Of a DNA stretch of 64,000 nucleotides, positions 21,937 to 31,633 are shown one piece after another. The position numbers and the translations under genes were made by a program. Location: positions 1,031 through 65,030 of the forward strand of contig CAYHNG010000005.1 of the NCBI GenBank assembly GCA_964357975.1, written 5' to 3'. Within the stretch, counting starts at the first letter, position 1. Each line of letters starts with the position of its first letter. Source of the stretch: an uncultured Pseudomonadales bacterium. GTDB lineage: Bacteria > Patescibacteriota > Microgenomatia > UBA1400 > MFAQ01. The notes beneath the pieces were generated by a model that had not been told where the DNA came from, did no database searches, and worked only from the letters and a program-made list of their open reading frames with translations.

Positions 21937-23010
21937 ATGGATAAGGCGGCAGAATTAATGCAGAATATACTATTGGCAGGGTCGGAAATGGGATCGTCCG
22001 ATATACATTTAGTGGCGAACAGTAATCCAATATTTAGGACACTGGGTAGGCTAGAACCATATAAGCCTGCCGGAATAATTGACGCTGAACTTATAATGGC
22101 CATGATCGGCAGCGTTATGAACCAAAACCAAAAAGAGTTATTCCTAAAAGATTTTGATCTTGATTTTTCCATCCACGTTCCGGGAAAGGCTCGGTACAGA
22201 GCCAATGCTTATTTTCAAAAAGGAACGCCGGCGATTTCGTTGCGTTTTATTCCCGATAAAATTCCGACGATCAGCGAGCTTGGTTTACCTGAGATTTGCC
22301 ACTCTTTTGCCAAATTGAAACAAGGGTTTATTTTGGTTACCGGACCAACCGGTTCCGGGAAATCGACTACTTTGGCGGCGATTATCGATGAGATAAATAC
22401 CAATCGTGCCGATCACGTGGTGACAATAGAAGACCCAATTGAATTTGTTCACGAAAACAAAAAATCTTTCATCAGTCAGCGAGAGTTGGGTGGGGATACC
22501 AAAAGCTGGGGCAACGCCTTGAAGTCTGTTCTACGCGAAGACCCGAACGTGGTTTATATTGGGGAAATGCGAGATCCCGATACCATGCAGGCGGCAATGA
22601 CGGTAGCGGAGACGGGGCACTTGGTTTTTGCAACTTTGCATACCAATACTGCGGCACAATCAGTGGAAAGGATTGTAGATAGTTTTCCGGAGGAACAGCA
22701 GGCGCAGGTAGTGCTACAGCTTTCAATGGTTTTGGAGGCAGTCTTGTCCCAAAGGTTAATACCTACCATAGGTGGAAAGCGAGCAGTGGCGACCGAAATT
22801 ATGGTGGTGACACCCGCAATAAGAAATAATATTCGAGAAGGAAAAACTTTCCAGATCGATAACGTAATTCAAACCAGTGCAAATCTGGGCATGAAATTAA
22901 TGGAAAATAGTCTTGCCGATCTGGTAAATAAAAATGTGATTGACAAAACTTCGGCGCTGGAATTCGCGATTAGACCATCTTTATTAGATAAGATGTTGGG
23001 CGGAAGATAA
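21937..23010 (+). CDS. pilT: twitching-motility retraction ATPase PilT
   Basis: 357 aa. ILVTGPTGSGKSTTLAAIID. PilT-type C-terminus with no N-terminal extension. Confidence 0.88.
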   Translation: MDKAAELMQNILLAGSEMGSSDIHLVANSNPIFRTLGRLEPYKPAGIIDAELIMAMIGSVMNQNQKELFLKDFDLDFSIHVPGKARYRANAYFQKGTPAISLRFIPDKIPTISELGLPEICHSFAKLKQGFILVTGPTGSGKSTTLAAIIDEINTNRADHVVTIEDPIEFVHENKKSFISQRELGGDTKSWGNALKSVLREDPNVVYIGEMRDPDTMQAAMTVAETGHLVFATLHTNTAAQSVERIVDSFPEEQQAQVVLQLSMVLEAVLSQRLIPTIGGKRAVATEIMVVTPAIRNNIREGKTFQIDNVIQTSANLGMKLMENSLADLVNKNVIDKTSALEFAIRPSLLDKMLGGR

Positions 23011-23013
23011 TAA

Positions 23014-24216
23014 ATGAAAACTTTTCGTTATAAAGTGACGGACAGAGAGGGAAATGCGTCAAGCGGCGTACTGGAGGCAATTGAGGAAAAACAAGCGGCA
23101 AATATACTCCGGAGCAAAGGTCTCCTAATTACCTCTTTAAACGAGGCCGACCAATTTAATTTGGAACCCTTAATTGGACGGTTCTCCAAACCAAAGGCTG
23201 ATGAAATCACCAATTTTACTCGACAGATGGCAACGATGATTGGATCCGGTTTGCCACTAGTTGAAGCATTAAGAATATTAAAAAACCAATCCGGTTCCGG
23301 AATGAAACCGATAATTGAAAAGATCCTGTCGGAAGTTGAAGGAGGATCAACTTTATCCGATGCAGTGGAAAATTCCGGAGGAGGTTTTTCGGCGGTTTAC
23401 GTTTCGATGGTGCGGGCAGGAGAATCGGCGGGGGTTTTGGATCAGGTGATGGGAAAGTTGGCGGACGCACTGGACAAACAGCGAGAGTTCAGAAGCAAAA
23501 CCAAAGGGGCAATGGTGTATCCGGTAATTATTTTTATAGCAATGATCGTAATCGCTTCAATAATGATGGTGTTTGTGGTTCCTAAGCTGACGGCGATGTA
23601 TAAAGATTTTGGAGCAGAGTTACCCGGTCCAACCAAAGTGTTGATGGCGGTAAGTGACTTGGCAGTTAATTATTGGTTCGTAGTTCTGGGGGTGGTTATC
23701 GGATTCGTTTTGCTTTTTTCCAGTTGGTCAAAAACCGAAGTGGGGGGGCTGGTGGTGGAGCAGTTGACTTTCAAGATTCCTATTTGGGGTAAACTGAGAA
23801 AAGATATCATTTTAACCGAGTTTGCCCGCACCATTAGCGTGTTGTTGGGTGCCGGTATTCCCATTTTGGACGCATTAAATATTGTGGCCAACACGCTTGG
23901 AAGTCGAGTTTATTCGACAGGAATAAAACAGGCAGCCGTCTATGTGGAAAAGGGAGTGGGCTTGGCAGAGTCGGTGACGCGACTGGAGATGTTTCCTCCA
24001 ATATTATCGCAGATGATTTCCGTGGGCGAAGAAACGGGAAAGTTGGATACGGTGTTGGCCAAACTAGCCACCTTTTATGAATCGGAAAGTGAGATAAAGA
24101 TCAAAGCCTTAACCACAGCCATTGAGCCCTTAATAATGATTATCATGGGAATCGGAGTGGGGTTTTTGGTAATCGCGGTCATCATGCCTATCTACAACTT
24201 GACAAGTCAGTTTTAA
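23014..24216 (+). CDS. pilC: type IV pilus platform protein PilC (GspF family)
   Basis: Two T2SSF repeats, three TM helices. 400 aa. Immediately follows pilT. Confidence 0.9.
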   Translation: MKTFRYKVTDREGNASSGVLEAIEEKQAANILRSKGLLITSLNEADQFNLEPLIGRFSKPKADEITNFTRQMATMIGSGLPLVEALRILKNQSGSGMKPIIEKILSEVEGGSTLSDAVENSGGGFSAVYVSMVRAGESAGVLDQVMGKLADALDKQREFRSKTKGAMVYPVIIFIAMIVIASIMMVFVVPKLTAMYKDFGAELPGPTKVLMAVSDLAVNYWFVVLGVVIGFVLLFSSWSKTEVGGLVVEQLTFKIPIWGKLRKDIILTEFARTISVLLGAGIPILDALNIVANTLGSRVYSTGIKQAAVYVEKGVGLAESVTRLEMFPPILSQMISVGEETGKLDTVLAKLATFYESESEIKIKALTTAIEPLIMIIMGIGVGFLVIAVIMPIYNLTSQF

Positions 24217-24254
24217 TAATTCATAGTTAAGTAGTGGTTAACAGTTCAAGTAAT

Positions 24255-24818
24255 ATGAAAAATCAAGGTTTTACGCTAATGGAGTTGTTAATAGTCATTG
24301 GTGTGCTTGGTATTCTCGCCGCCGGACTACTAGCCGCGATCGATCCGTTTGAACAGCTCAAAAAAGCTCGAGACAGCAACTATCGTAGTGGAGCCATTGA
24401 ACTCTTGCAATCCTTACAGCGTTATTACGCCAATCATGGCTATTTCCCTTGGAGAGCAGCGGGTACTACTTGTGCGACCGACAATACCACGACACTCGCC
24501 CCAGCCGTTCCGGTTGCCTCTTTGGCGGCAGCGGTGGTTAAAGTTGGCACCAATCAAGATACCGAAATTAAATCTTGTGTCGATGACCTAATTGCAGATG
24601 GTGAACTAAAAGCTACTTTTAGTCAAGGATTAAACACAACGATTTATCTAAGTTCGTGGAGCAAGACAGATGTTCGTGTGTGTTTTGCACCGGAGAGTAA
24701 AAGTATTCGGAATGATGGTCAGACAAACTTACATTTGGAAGGGACCTCAGAACTGGTGACCGAAGGATGTACTTCCGACCAGAAGTTGGCTGGAGACTGC
24801 CTCCAGTGTTTCCAGTAA
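24255..24818 (+). CDS. type IV pilin (probable major pilin)
   Basis: Class III signal MKNQG|FTLMELLIVIGVLGILAA with conserved Glu at +5. Own terminator downstream. In-frame ATG at 24234 is the alternative start. Confidence 0.75.
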   Translation: MKNQGFTLMELLIVIGVLGILAAGLLAAIDPFEQLKKARDSNYRSGAIELLQSLQRYYANHGYFPWRAAGTTCATDNTTTLAPAVPVASLAAAVVKVGTNQDTEIKSCVDDLIADGELKATFSQGLNTTIYLSSWSKTDVRVCFAPESKSIRNDGQTNLHLEGTSELVTEGCTSDQKLAGDCLQCFQ

Positions 24819-24844
24819 AACGAAAAAATAGTTTTAGTAATAAA

Positions 24845-24866
24845 CTCCGCCCACCGGCGGGGTTTT
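24845..24866 (+). terminator. intrinsic terminator after the pilin gene
   Basis: Hairpin CTCCGCC-cacc-GGCGGGG followed by TTTT. Confidence 0.5.
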
Positions 24867-24882
24867 GGGTTAGAATCTACAT

Positions 24883-25698
24883 ATGATCTTGGTAATTCTT
24901 TTTTTGTTCGTCATGGGATTGGTTTGGGGGAGTTTTTTGAATGTAGTCATTTGGCGGATGTCTCATGGAAGCTCTCCCTTATCGGGAAGGTCAGTTTGTC
25001 CAAAATGTAAACACGTGATTTCTTGGTATATGAACATACCGGTTCTCTCCTTCATTTTTCTGGGAGGAAGATGTGCATTTTGTCATATGAAAATATCAAT
25101 CCGCTATCCGCTGATAGAGTTACTGACAGGAATCTTTTTTGTTTGGTGGTTTGTGGTTGGTTTTAATTTCTTTAAATTAGTAGGAAGTCCATGGAGTTTT
25201 ATTCAGCCGGTGTTTTGGCTGGTAACGGGTCTGGTTATGTTTACGATTTTGGTGACCGACCTGCTGTACATGGTGATTCCTTTTGCTTTGAATCTGACGC
25301 TATTTTCTTTGGCCCTGTCTTACCGTATTGGGCTGACCAGTTTTGGCATTATGGATAGTGCCGATTTGTTGCGATCAATTGGCGCAGGAGTGGGAATTTG
25401 TCTACTATTCATTTTGTTGCAGCTGGCTACTCGAAAAATTAAAAAGGTGGATGGTTTTGGATTAGGCGATATCTATCTGGTACCCTCGCTTGGTCTATTA
25501 CTTGGCTGGCCAAAAATATTACCCGGAATGTTCTCGGCCTTCGTTTTGGGGTCTGTGGTTGGGGTGGTACTGATGATGCTAAAGAAAAAGAAGATGAGCC
25601 AGTATCTCCCTTTTGGTCCGTTCCTAATTTTGGGAACGGCTATTGGTTTACTCTGGGGAGCCGTAATTTGGAGTTGGTATACTGGCCTTCTGTTCTAG
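24883..25698 (+). CDS. pilD: prepilin peptidase PilD (A24 family)
   Basis: N-terminal tetracysteine CPKC...CAFC zinc motif. Multi-TM region with catalytic Asp. 271 aa. Confidence 0.9.
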   Translation: MILVILFLFVMGLVWGSFLNVVIWRMSHGSSPLSGRSVCPKCKHVISWYMNIPVLSFIFLGGRCAFCHMKISIRYPLIELLTGIFFVWWFVVGFNFFKLVGSPWSFIQPVFWLVTGLVMFTILVTDLLYMVIPFALNLTLFSLALSYRIGLTSFGIMDSADLLRSIGAGVGICLLFILLQLATRKIKKVDGFGLGDIYLVPSLGLLLGWPKILPGMFSAFVLGSVVGVVLMMLKKKKMSQYLPFGPFLILGTAIGLLWGAVIWSWYTGLLF

Positions 25699-25706
25699 TC
25701 TACCTT

Positions 25707-27995
25707 TTACGGCACAAACGGTTTGTAGTATTTACTGTAGATCTTCAGAGGGTTAGGTGAGTTGTAAGACAAATCCGGTCGGTAGACAAAGATCTCCGAA
25801 GGGGCGGTGTTGTTGGTGACACCTAAGTCTCTGCTCAGCTCGACACCTTTCCAGCCGATAAAAGAACCATTACCGACAAACTGAACATCGGTTTGGTCAC
25901 AGCCCGGTGTACCGTCGGTATCCAGACAAGGAATGGAGAGAGTGTCGCTAATGTACCAGCCTTCCGACTGGGTCACCGACGGAGCAAAGGTGATGGTGCC
26001 GTGAGCAATGATGGCCAGAAAAGCACCACTAGGGACCGTAAGGTTGTTTTGGATGGTGACATTACCGTCGATCTCAAAGACGGCTTTTTGGTTGCCGGTG
26101 GGACTGAAAGTAAAATTGGCCACTGATGAATTGGTTCTGAAGATTTGATACCCCAGTTCTTGATCGTCGTAGACGATGGGGTCGGTACCATTCCAGGTTG
26201 TTTGGGTAAAAAGATTAAAGCGGCTGTGGTAGAAGTTCCAGTCGTAGATGAGTCCTTGATATGAGCTGAGTTTTTCCCAAAGCTTGGTGCTGACTTTGGC
26301 GCCATTATTGTTACCAAACATTTGGGGCAAAGCGAGACCGTAACTAAGGAAACCCCAACGGTTAACCGGGGTGGTGTTGGGTAAGATTAGCGACTGTTCG
26401 GTGGGGAGAGAAGCCGGGATGTGAGAAGTAATCCCCCCTTCAGCGTGGACAGCAGCTCCTTTGGCTTGCCACCAACCACTAAAGACTTTGTCAAAACCAA
26501 AACTCATGTTTTTGACGACGGAACAGGGTTGGGTATCACAAGCGGGGCTGCTACCCGGAACGGTGGCGATGGTAGAAGTACAGACGAGTTTAGGGCCTGA
26601 ACTGACAGAGTAGTAGCCGGCGAGGGAGGAAAAGTCGTAGACATAGTTAGAGGGTGCGTACACATTGATGGAGTAGTTGCCGTTAGCATTGGTGGCGGAC
26701 GCAGATAGAGGGGCCCAAGGATGTGGCGCGACACTTTTTTGATCGGTAAAACCAAAAGTCTGGTTCGCCGCTCCCCTCCCTCCCAGACCGGTGAGATATC
26801 CGGTGGTTGGATCAAAGGCCGGACAAGTATCCAGGCCGGAGGCGTCGAAAAGAGTGCCTCTGACTGTTCCCAAACAGTCCTCTGATAGGGATATCGCAGC
26901 GCAATCGTTTGTGCCGCAGGTTTCGGAGCAGGTACGAGTGCGTTTGTGCGTAGTAGCATTGCAGGCGCTCCAGGCGGAAATAGTTGGTCCTGTCTCGATG
27001 CAGTTTACGTTTACTGGTGACGTGGCGGAACAATCATTTCTTTCGCCATAGTCACTACTATTTAGTATGACCTTGGCGACAATGTTGGTGGGAGAATTTA
27101 TGGATGATCTTCCGGTAACCACAGTGCGAAAGAGTTCATTGATGGTCAAATTATTTAAATCCGATGCTGGGCTGACGGTAGCGACGGCGGTATTGTTGGA
27201 AGAAAAATCTACCCGCTTAAAAGATGTCCAGGCGTTTAAGGTGTCGACGATGGGCATGGTTAGAGTTCTGGTGGCGCTGGGGTTAAGTGTCAATGAAGAC
27301 GGTGTTAAACTGCAGGTAGATATCCACGGTCTCAGGGTCGATGCACTGCACGGACCGGCCGTCTCGATTATTTTGAAGTAATATACCGTGTTGGCGGCAA
27401 ACTTTGTTTTTAATATCTGATACGAACTTACACCGCTGCTGAGATACGTCAGAACCACACAATCAGCGGCAGTGTAACCAGCCGCTGCTGAGCAATTATA
27501 TTTGGCAGCGAGAGGGTTGTCCGATACAACAATCGCCTGCTGAACACCGCCAGAACCAGGAGACCATGTCACATTAATCTTGGTCCCGGGGAAATCGCGA
27601 TCGATCGATAGTCTGCTTGGCGCCGTTGTCTGACAATTGACACCGCCTCCACCAATGTCACTTTGACAGCAGGTGCCGGGTCCGATCGAGGATGGCACGG
27701 TGCTGTTACAGAAAGGAGGGACAGCATCAGGGGCACATTCCTTAAAACTATAGGGAAAGGCGTAGTTAATCACTCCATAGGTACACTCAGAGTCACAGCT
27801 AGCCGTCCCCCGTCCGTAATCTGTGTAACAATACGTAGCTGAAGCGCTTGTTTTACATCCTATCGGCGCATCCACCACCCGGGTACCCATGCAAGTGTCG
27901 CCCACTAGGCAGACAGTGGCGGCCACAGTTCCCGGTCGCAGTAGTTCAATCCCAGCGAACAGAAAACTCCAGACCACTACATCTCTAATCCGCAT
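25707..27995 (-). CDS. large secreted Cys-rich, Ser/Thr/Gly/Asn-rich surface protein (hypothetical adhesin-like)
   Basis: Signal peptide, many Cys pairs, a WSxC...RTRTCSETCG stretch reminiscent of thrombospondin type-1 repeats. 762 aa. Overlaps the next gene by 11 nt. Confidence 0.5.
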   Translation of the reverse strand: MRIRDVVVWSFLFAGIELLRPGTVAATVCLVGDTCMGTRVVDAPIGCKTSASATYCYTDYGRGTASCDSECTYGVINYAFPYSFKECAPDAVPPFCNSTVPSSIGPGTCCQSDIGGGGVNCQTTAPSRLSIDRDFPGTKINVTWSPGSGGVQQAIVVSDNPLAAKYNCSAAAGYTAADCVVLTYLSSGVSSYQILKTKFAANTVYYFKIIETAGPCSASTLRPWISTCSLTPSSLTLNPSATRTLTMPIVDTLNAWTSFKRVDFSSNNTAVATVSPASDLNNLTINELFRTVVTGRSSINSPTNIVAKVILNSSDYGERNDCSATSPVNVNCIETGPTISAWSACNATTHKRTRTCSETCGTNDCAAISLSEDCLGTVRGTLFDASGLDTCPAFDPTTGYLTGLGGRGAANQTFGFTDQKSVAPHPWAPLSASATNANGNYSINVYAPSNYVYDFSSLAGYYSVSSGPKLVCTSTIATVPGSSPACDTQPCSVVKNMSFGFDKVFSGWWQAKGAAVHAEGGITSHIPASLPTEQSLILPNTTPVNRWGFLSYGLALPQMFGNNNGAKVSTKLWEKLSSYQGLIYDWNFYHSRFNLFTQTTWNGTDPIVYDDQELGYQIFRTNSSVANFTFSPTGNQKAVFEIDGNVTIQNNLTVPSGAFLAIIAHGTITFAPSVTQSEGWYISDTLSIPCLDTDGTPGCDQTDVQFVGNGSFIGWKGVELSRDLGVTNNTAPSEIFVYRPDLSYNSPNPLKIYSKYYKPFVP

Positions 27996-28596
27996 ACAGT
28001 TTCATAGAAATAAAGCTTACCGGCACCACCACGTACGGTAACTTCCCGTTTTTCAGCTCTTCTTCAGTCGTAGATTGGTACTTCAGGTCCGCCAAGACAT
28101 CGGTGAGGAAACAGAAGCCTCTAAGATTTTCGGCTATGGGGAGACAATCGGTAACATCCAGTGACTCGGGAATAGAGTTAAGATACTCAGCCCGAATCTG
28201 GGTACCTTTTTTGAAGCTCTTTTTTAATAAAGCGAAGCTCAGTCTCTTGACCCCTCCATCCATTGGTTGAAAAACGATTTCTTCCACCTGGTACCCATTG
28301 GGCGTCTGGCCGGAAACAAACAATTTGGCCTCTCGTATTTGATTGTTCTGATCGGTGAAACGAACCACTACGAAGTTCTGACCATTTTGGGTCTGGAACC
28401 CTTTGACTACCGGCTGAAAGTTCTTTAGAGTCCAACCTATTTCTCCGGCTACCACCCCGTACTGCTGGGGAAAAGCCGTCAACAAAGATTGTAGTTTAAG
28501 ATTATTTGCTTGGAGCCACAAGTATCCCCCCGCAATCCAAACAAGGATTACAAAAACTGCCAATAATCCTACCCTCTTGTTTATTATCACTATCAA
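27985..28596 (-). CDS. membrane-anchored hypothetical protein
   Basis: N-terminal TM anchor then an about 170-aa extracytoplasmic domain. Same operon as the neighbours. Confidence 0.45.
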   Translation of the reverse strand: MIVIINKRVGLLAVFVILVWIAGGYLWLQANNLKLQSLLTAFPQQYGVVAGEIGWTLKNFQPVVKGFQTQNGQNFVVVRFTDQNNQIREAKLFVSGQTPNGYQVEEIVFQPMDGGVKRLSFALLKKSFKKGTQIRAEYLNSIPESLDVTDCLPIAENLRGFCFLTDVLADLKYQSTTEEELKNGKLPYVVVPVSFISMKLYAD

Positions 28597-28635
28597 TTAT
28601 CTTAAGCAGGAAAGACTGGAAATACAAGCCAGATA

Positions 28636-30105
28636 CTACTTGTAGTGAAACATATCTCCAACCTTATGATAATCAAATATAATATTAGCCGGTAAGATAT
28701 CATCATCCTCTACAACCATGTCCTTCAGGTTAAGCTGCTGAGCATCAATTAAATATGATAGGATTTCACATCTCAAATTCCCCTGGCAAACGGCAATCCC
28801 GTTTCCATAATATATATTCATATTTAATTCCAGCTGTAAACCACGTTTGGCTTTTAGTAACAAATCTTCGAAGGTTTTTAACTCGACATTTTCGTCAGAC
28901 GTACCTGAGCCGTACCATGTCTCCAGTATCACCTGACCATTTTTGTCGACATAAAGGAGAGGCACAAAGACATGTCTGATGATACTAGGATCTTCCATAT
29001 CTTTGATAATTACCGGTAGGAGAGTGACCGTCATTTCTTTGCCGTTCAATATCATTTTTTTCTCCACCGCTGGCTCTCCGGTAATGATTGGCCAACTAGA
29101 CACAGTAATAGCACCTCTCTCATAATGCCAATTAATTTCCGGCTGCCAGTTCGTTTGCCTGACGGCATCTTCAAAAAGTTTCCAGTCGGTTTTTTGCCAC
29201 TGTTTTTCGGCATTCAGCTCAAACCATACCTCATCGCCCACTTTTACCTGATTGTTCTCTATTTTGTAGTTCGCAGGAAGAGCGGAAAGATACTCGGGAG
29301 GGAGAGTGGGAAACTTGGGGGTGGGAGGGACTATTTCGGTTGGCCTTAGGGTGGGTTTGGGAGTAGCTGAGGGAACAATAGTAGGGGCTTTCTCTGTTAG
29401 TTCGGCCGAGGTGGACGTGGCAGCGATAACGAGAGTTTCGTGCCCGCCTGGTTTGTCGGCACTCACTGGCTGAGCGGCACAAGAAGCTAGTGCTAACGCC
29501 ATGATGCTAATAACAGCAGGAACTGCAGCTTTGCCGGCCGGAATTAATCTGGTCCATTCAATTCTGTTGTCTATATTGGTCGCCTTATTGCTATTTACAA
29601 GTAAATTGGTCAAGCCTTTATCAATTTCCTTCAAAGCTATATTAAAGCTAGTTTCCAGTCCGGGATAAGTATCCAGAGCCACTTCTCTTGCGGCTATGAT
29701 TTTGGCCTTTGTTAGCATGAGTAGGGAAACTCGCTCAGCTTGGTCGAGCAATCCAAAAGAAGTGTTCTCATCTTTACCCTCACCCATTGTGTGTCTGATT
29801 TTTTCTGCAGCTGTTTCTCCAATCCGGGAAGACACGTGCATTAACCCTCTCCGTGATGAGTAGGCAGAAGTTTTGCTTAGTACATATCCTTCAAGCTGCT
29901 TAATTCTTGGAAAGAGTTCGCTCCGTGTCCAAAATTCTACGCTGGTAGCTGGATCTTGGTTGGAATTCTCCGAATCGAATAGTCCTGATTTGGCTTCAAA
30001 CTGTGCAATTAGATCGTCAGCTGCAATCCGCAGGACGTTAGCCCAATCCTGGACCACGGCGTTAACTTCTCCTTTGGGTGGGTTATCCCAGAATTCTATG
30101 TTCAT
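28636..30105 (-). CDS. bitopic membrane protein with Pro-rich linker (hypothetical)
   Basis: About 190-aa cytoplasmic N-domain, single TM (AAVPAVISIMALALASCAA), PT-rich linker, about 230-aa outside domain. 489 aa. Confidence 0.5.
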   Translation of the reverse strand: MNIEFWDNPPKGEVNAVVQDWANVLRIAADDLIAQFEAKSGLFDSENSNQDPATSVEFWTRSELFPRIKQLEGYVLSKTSAYSSRRGLMHVSSRIGETAAEKIRHTMGEGKDENTSFGLLDQAERVSLLMLTKAKIIAAREVALDTYPGLETSFNIALKEIDKGLTNLLVNSNKATNIDNRIEWTRLIPAGKAAVPAVISIMALALASCAAQPVSADKPGGHETLVIAATSTSAELTEKAPTIVPSATPKPTLRPTEIVPPTPKFPTLPPEYLSALPANYKIENNQVKVGDEVWFELNAEKQWQKTDWKLFEDAVRQTNWQPEINWHYERGAITVSSWPIITGEPAVEKKMILNGKEMTVTLLPVIIKDMEDPSIIRHVFVPLLYVDKNGQVILETWYGSGTSDENVELKTFEDLLLKAKRGLQLELNMNIYYGNGIAVCQGNLRCEILSYLIDAQQLNLKDMVVEDDDILPANIIFDYHKVGDMFHYK

Positions 30106-30406
30106 TGGTCATAATTCTAATCCTTTTCTCCATCTTTGTCAAGGTTATAGGCTGATATGTGTAATGGGTGTGTATCTATTTATTCCCAATATACTCAGTA
30201 AATGTGTATATCAGATTCCATCTATGGGGTTTAGGCTGGGGGTATCTAGGCGCATTCTACTATAATGTTAGATACGTAGTTAATATGTAACGTATTTGGT
30301 ATAATCGATAGAAATGCGGACAGAAGATGGGTTCTTGAGTCAAAATCTATATGGGTTTGTGGAGGACGAGGCTGTGAAATTAGCCACGAAGCTATGTCGG
30401 AGAATA

Positions 30407-31009
30407 AAGATGGTCCCGAGAGAACACGGCTATGTATGGATGGTGGTGGGAAGCAGCTGTTCGGGTAAATCACTAACCATAATTCGGCTAAAAAAATTGC
30501 TCATGGAGTCCGAGAGGATGGTGGGGCCATATGTGTTTTGCCAGCCCAAAGTAGACAGAGCCGATCTAATAGACGGAGTGATTAGATCAAGGAATAAGGA
30601 ACGGATCGACGCGGTGAGTTTTAGTTCGAAGCCGGAAATTGAGAAAGTTTTTCATGATAATGATGTTGTGGTTGTAGATGAAATCCAGCTAGTTTCTCCC
30701 TTGCTCCAAAGTTTTTTTCTCAAAGAACTCGGCTTGTTCGTCGAAAGAGGAGGGATATTTGTTGGAGTTGGGCTGGACTTTAATAGTTTGGGTGGAGAGT
30801 TCATTTTTTCGGCCTTATTGAAATCCAGATCCGACAAAGTTCACCATCTTTATTCGTTGTGCTCAATGTGTGGTAAGCCAGCGGATCGATTTGATCAGAG
30901 GTTGATAAATGGGATTCCGGCCAGGGTAGATATGCCCGATTTTGTGGGACCAACAGATAGTGTGACTTATGAGCCTCGTTGTGCTGATTGTTTAATAATA
31001 AAGAAATAA
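30407..31009 (+). CDS. tdk: thymidine kinase
   Basis: P-loop VVGSSCSGKS (TK-type GxMFSGKS) and C-terminal zinc ribbon CSMCG...C..C. ORF-track start at 30314 is the alternative. Confidence 0.8.
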   Translation, partial: KMVPREHGYVWMVVGSSCSGKSLTIIRLKKLLMESERMVGPYVFCQPKVDRADLIDGVIRSRNKERIDAVSFSSKPEIEKVFHDNDVVVVDEIQLVSPLLQSFFLKELGLFVERGGIFVGVGLDFNSLGGEFIFSALLKSRSDKVHHLYSLCSMCGKPADRFDQRLINGIPARVDMPDFVGPTDSVTYEPRCADCLIIKK

Positions 31010-31013
31010 TTAT

Positions 31014-31583
31014 ATGAAAATATATTTTTCCGCACCAATTAGCAATGTTCGAGAAGAAGATAAGAAAAACTATCTGAGGATCGTAGAATTGCTGAAAAAA
31101 TTAGGCCATAACGTGTTGTTTGATCATCTACTGAATAAGGACAAAGATTTTCTGATTAGACAATCTCCGAAGGAAAGCTTGGAGAGTCAACGACTGATGA
31201 CTAAAAGAAAGAATCAGGCAGACCTAGTAATCATTGAAGCATCCGTTCCAAGCTTTGGAATTGGTCAAGAGATTTCGCATTGTCTACAAAATAGCAAACA
31301 AGTCATCATACTTTATCGTGAAGGCAGGCCCCACATCCTCAGAGATGAGGGTGAAGACCTGCTCTTTTTCTACCAATACAATACGGAAACGCTCAGCGAG
31401 ACTCTAAGAGACGCCATCGAAAAGGCCCGTGAAAAAGTGGATGTCAGATTCAACTTCTACATTTCCCCAGAGATTGGACGATACTTGGACTGGATCAGCC
31501 AGAAAAAGAAGCTCCCCAGATCGGTTTTCTTGAGAGGGTTGGTGGAGAGGCACATGAGGGCAGACAAGGAGTATAAGGATTGA
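31014..31583 (+). CDS. nucleoside 2-deoxyribosyltransferase-like protein with C-terminal ribbon-helix-helix-like extension
   Basis: MKIYFSAPIS (YxAGPxF-like) and SFGIGQEISHC (catalytic Glu context of the NDT/DNPH1 fold). C-terminal 45 aa RFNFYIS..PEIGRYLDWISQKK..LPRSVFLRGLVERHM fits a beta-alpha-alpha RHH pattern. Confidence 0.5.
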   Translation: MKIYFSAPISNVREEDKKNYLRIVELLKKLGHNVLFDHLLNKDKDFLIRQSPKESLESQRLMTKRKNQADLVIIEASVPSFGIGQEISHCLQNSKQVIILYREGRPHILRDEGEDLLFFYQYNTETLSETLRDAIEKAREKVDVRFNFYISPEIGRYLDWISQKKKLPRSVFLRGLVERHMRADKEYKD

Positions 31584-31633
31584 TTGTGGCCGGTTGGTTT
31601 GACTTTTGTGGGGGATTCCAGCAAAATGGAGTT

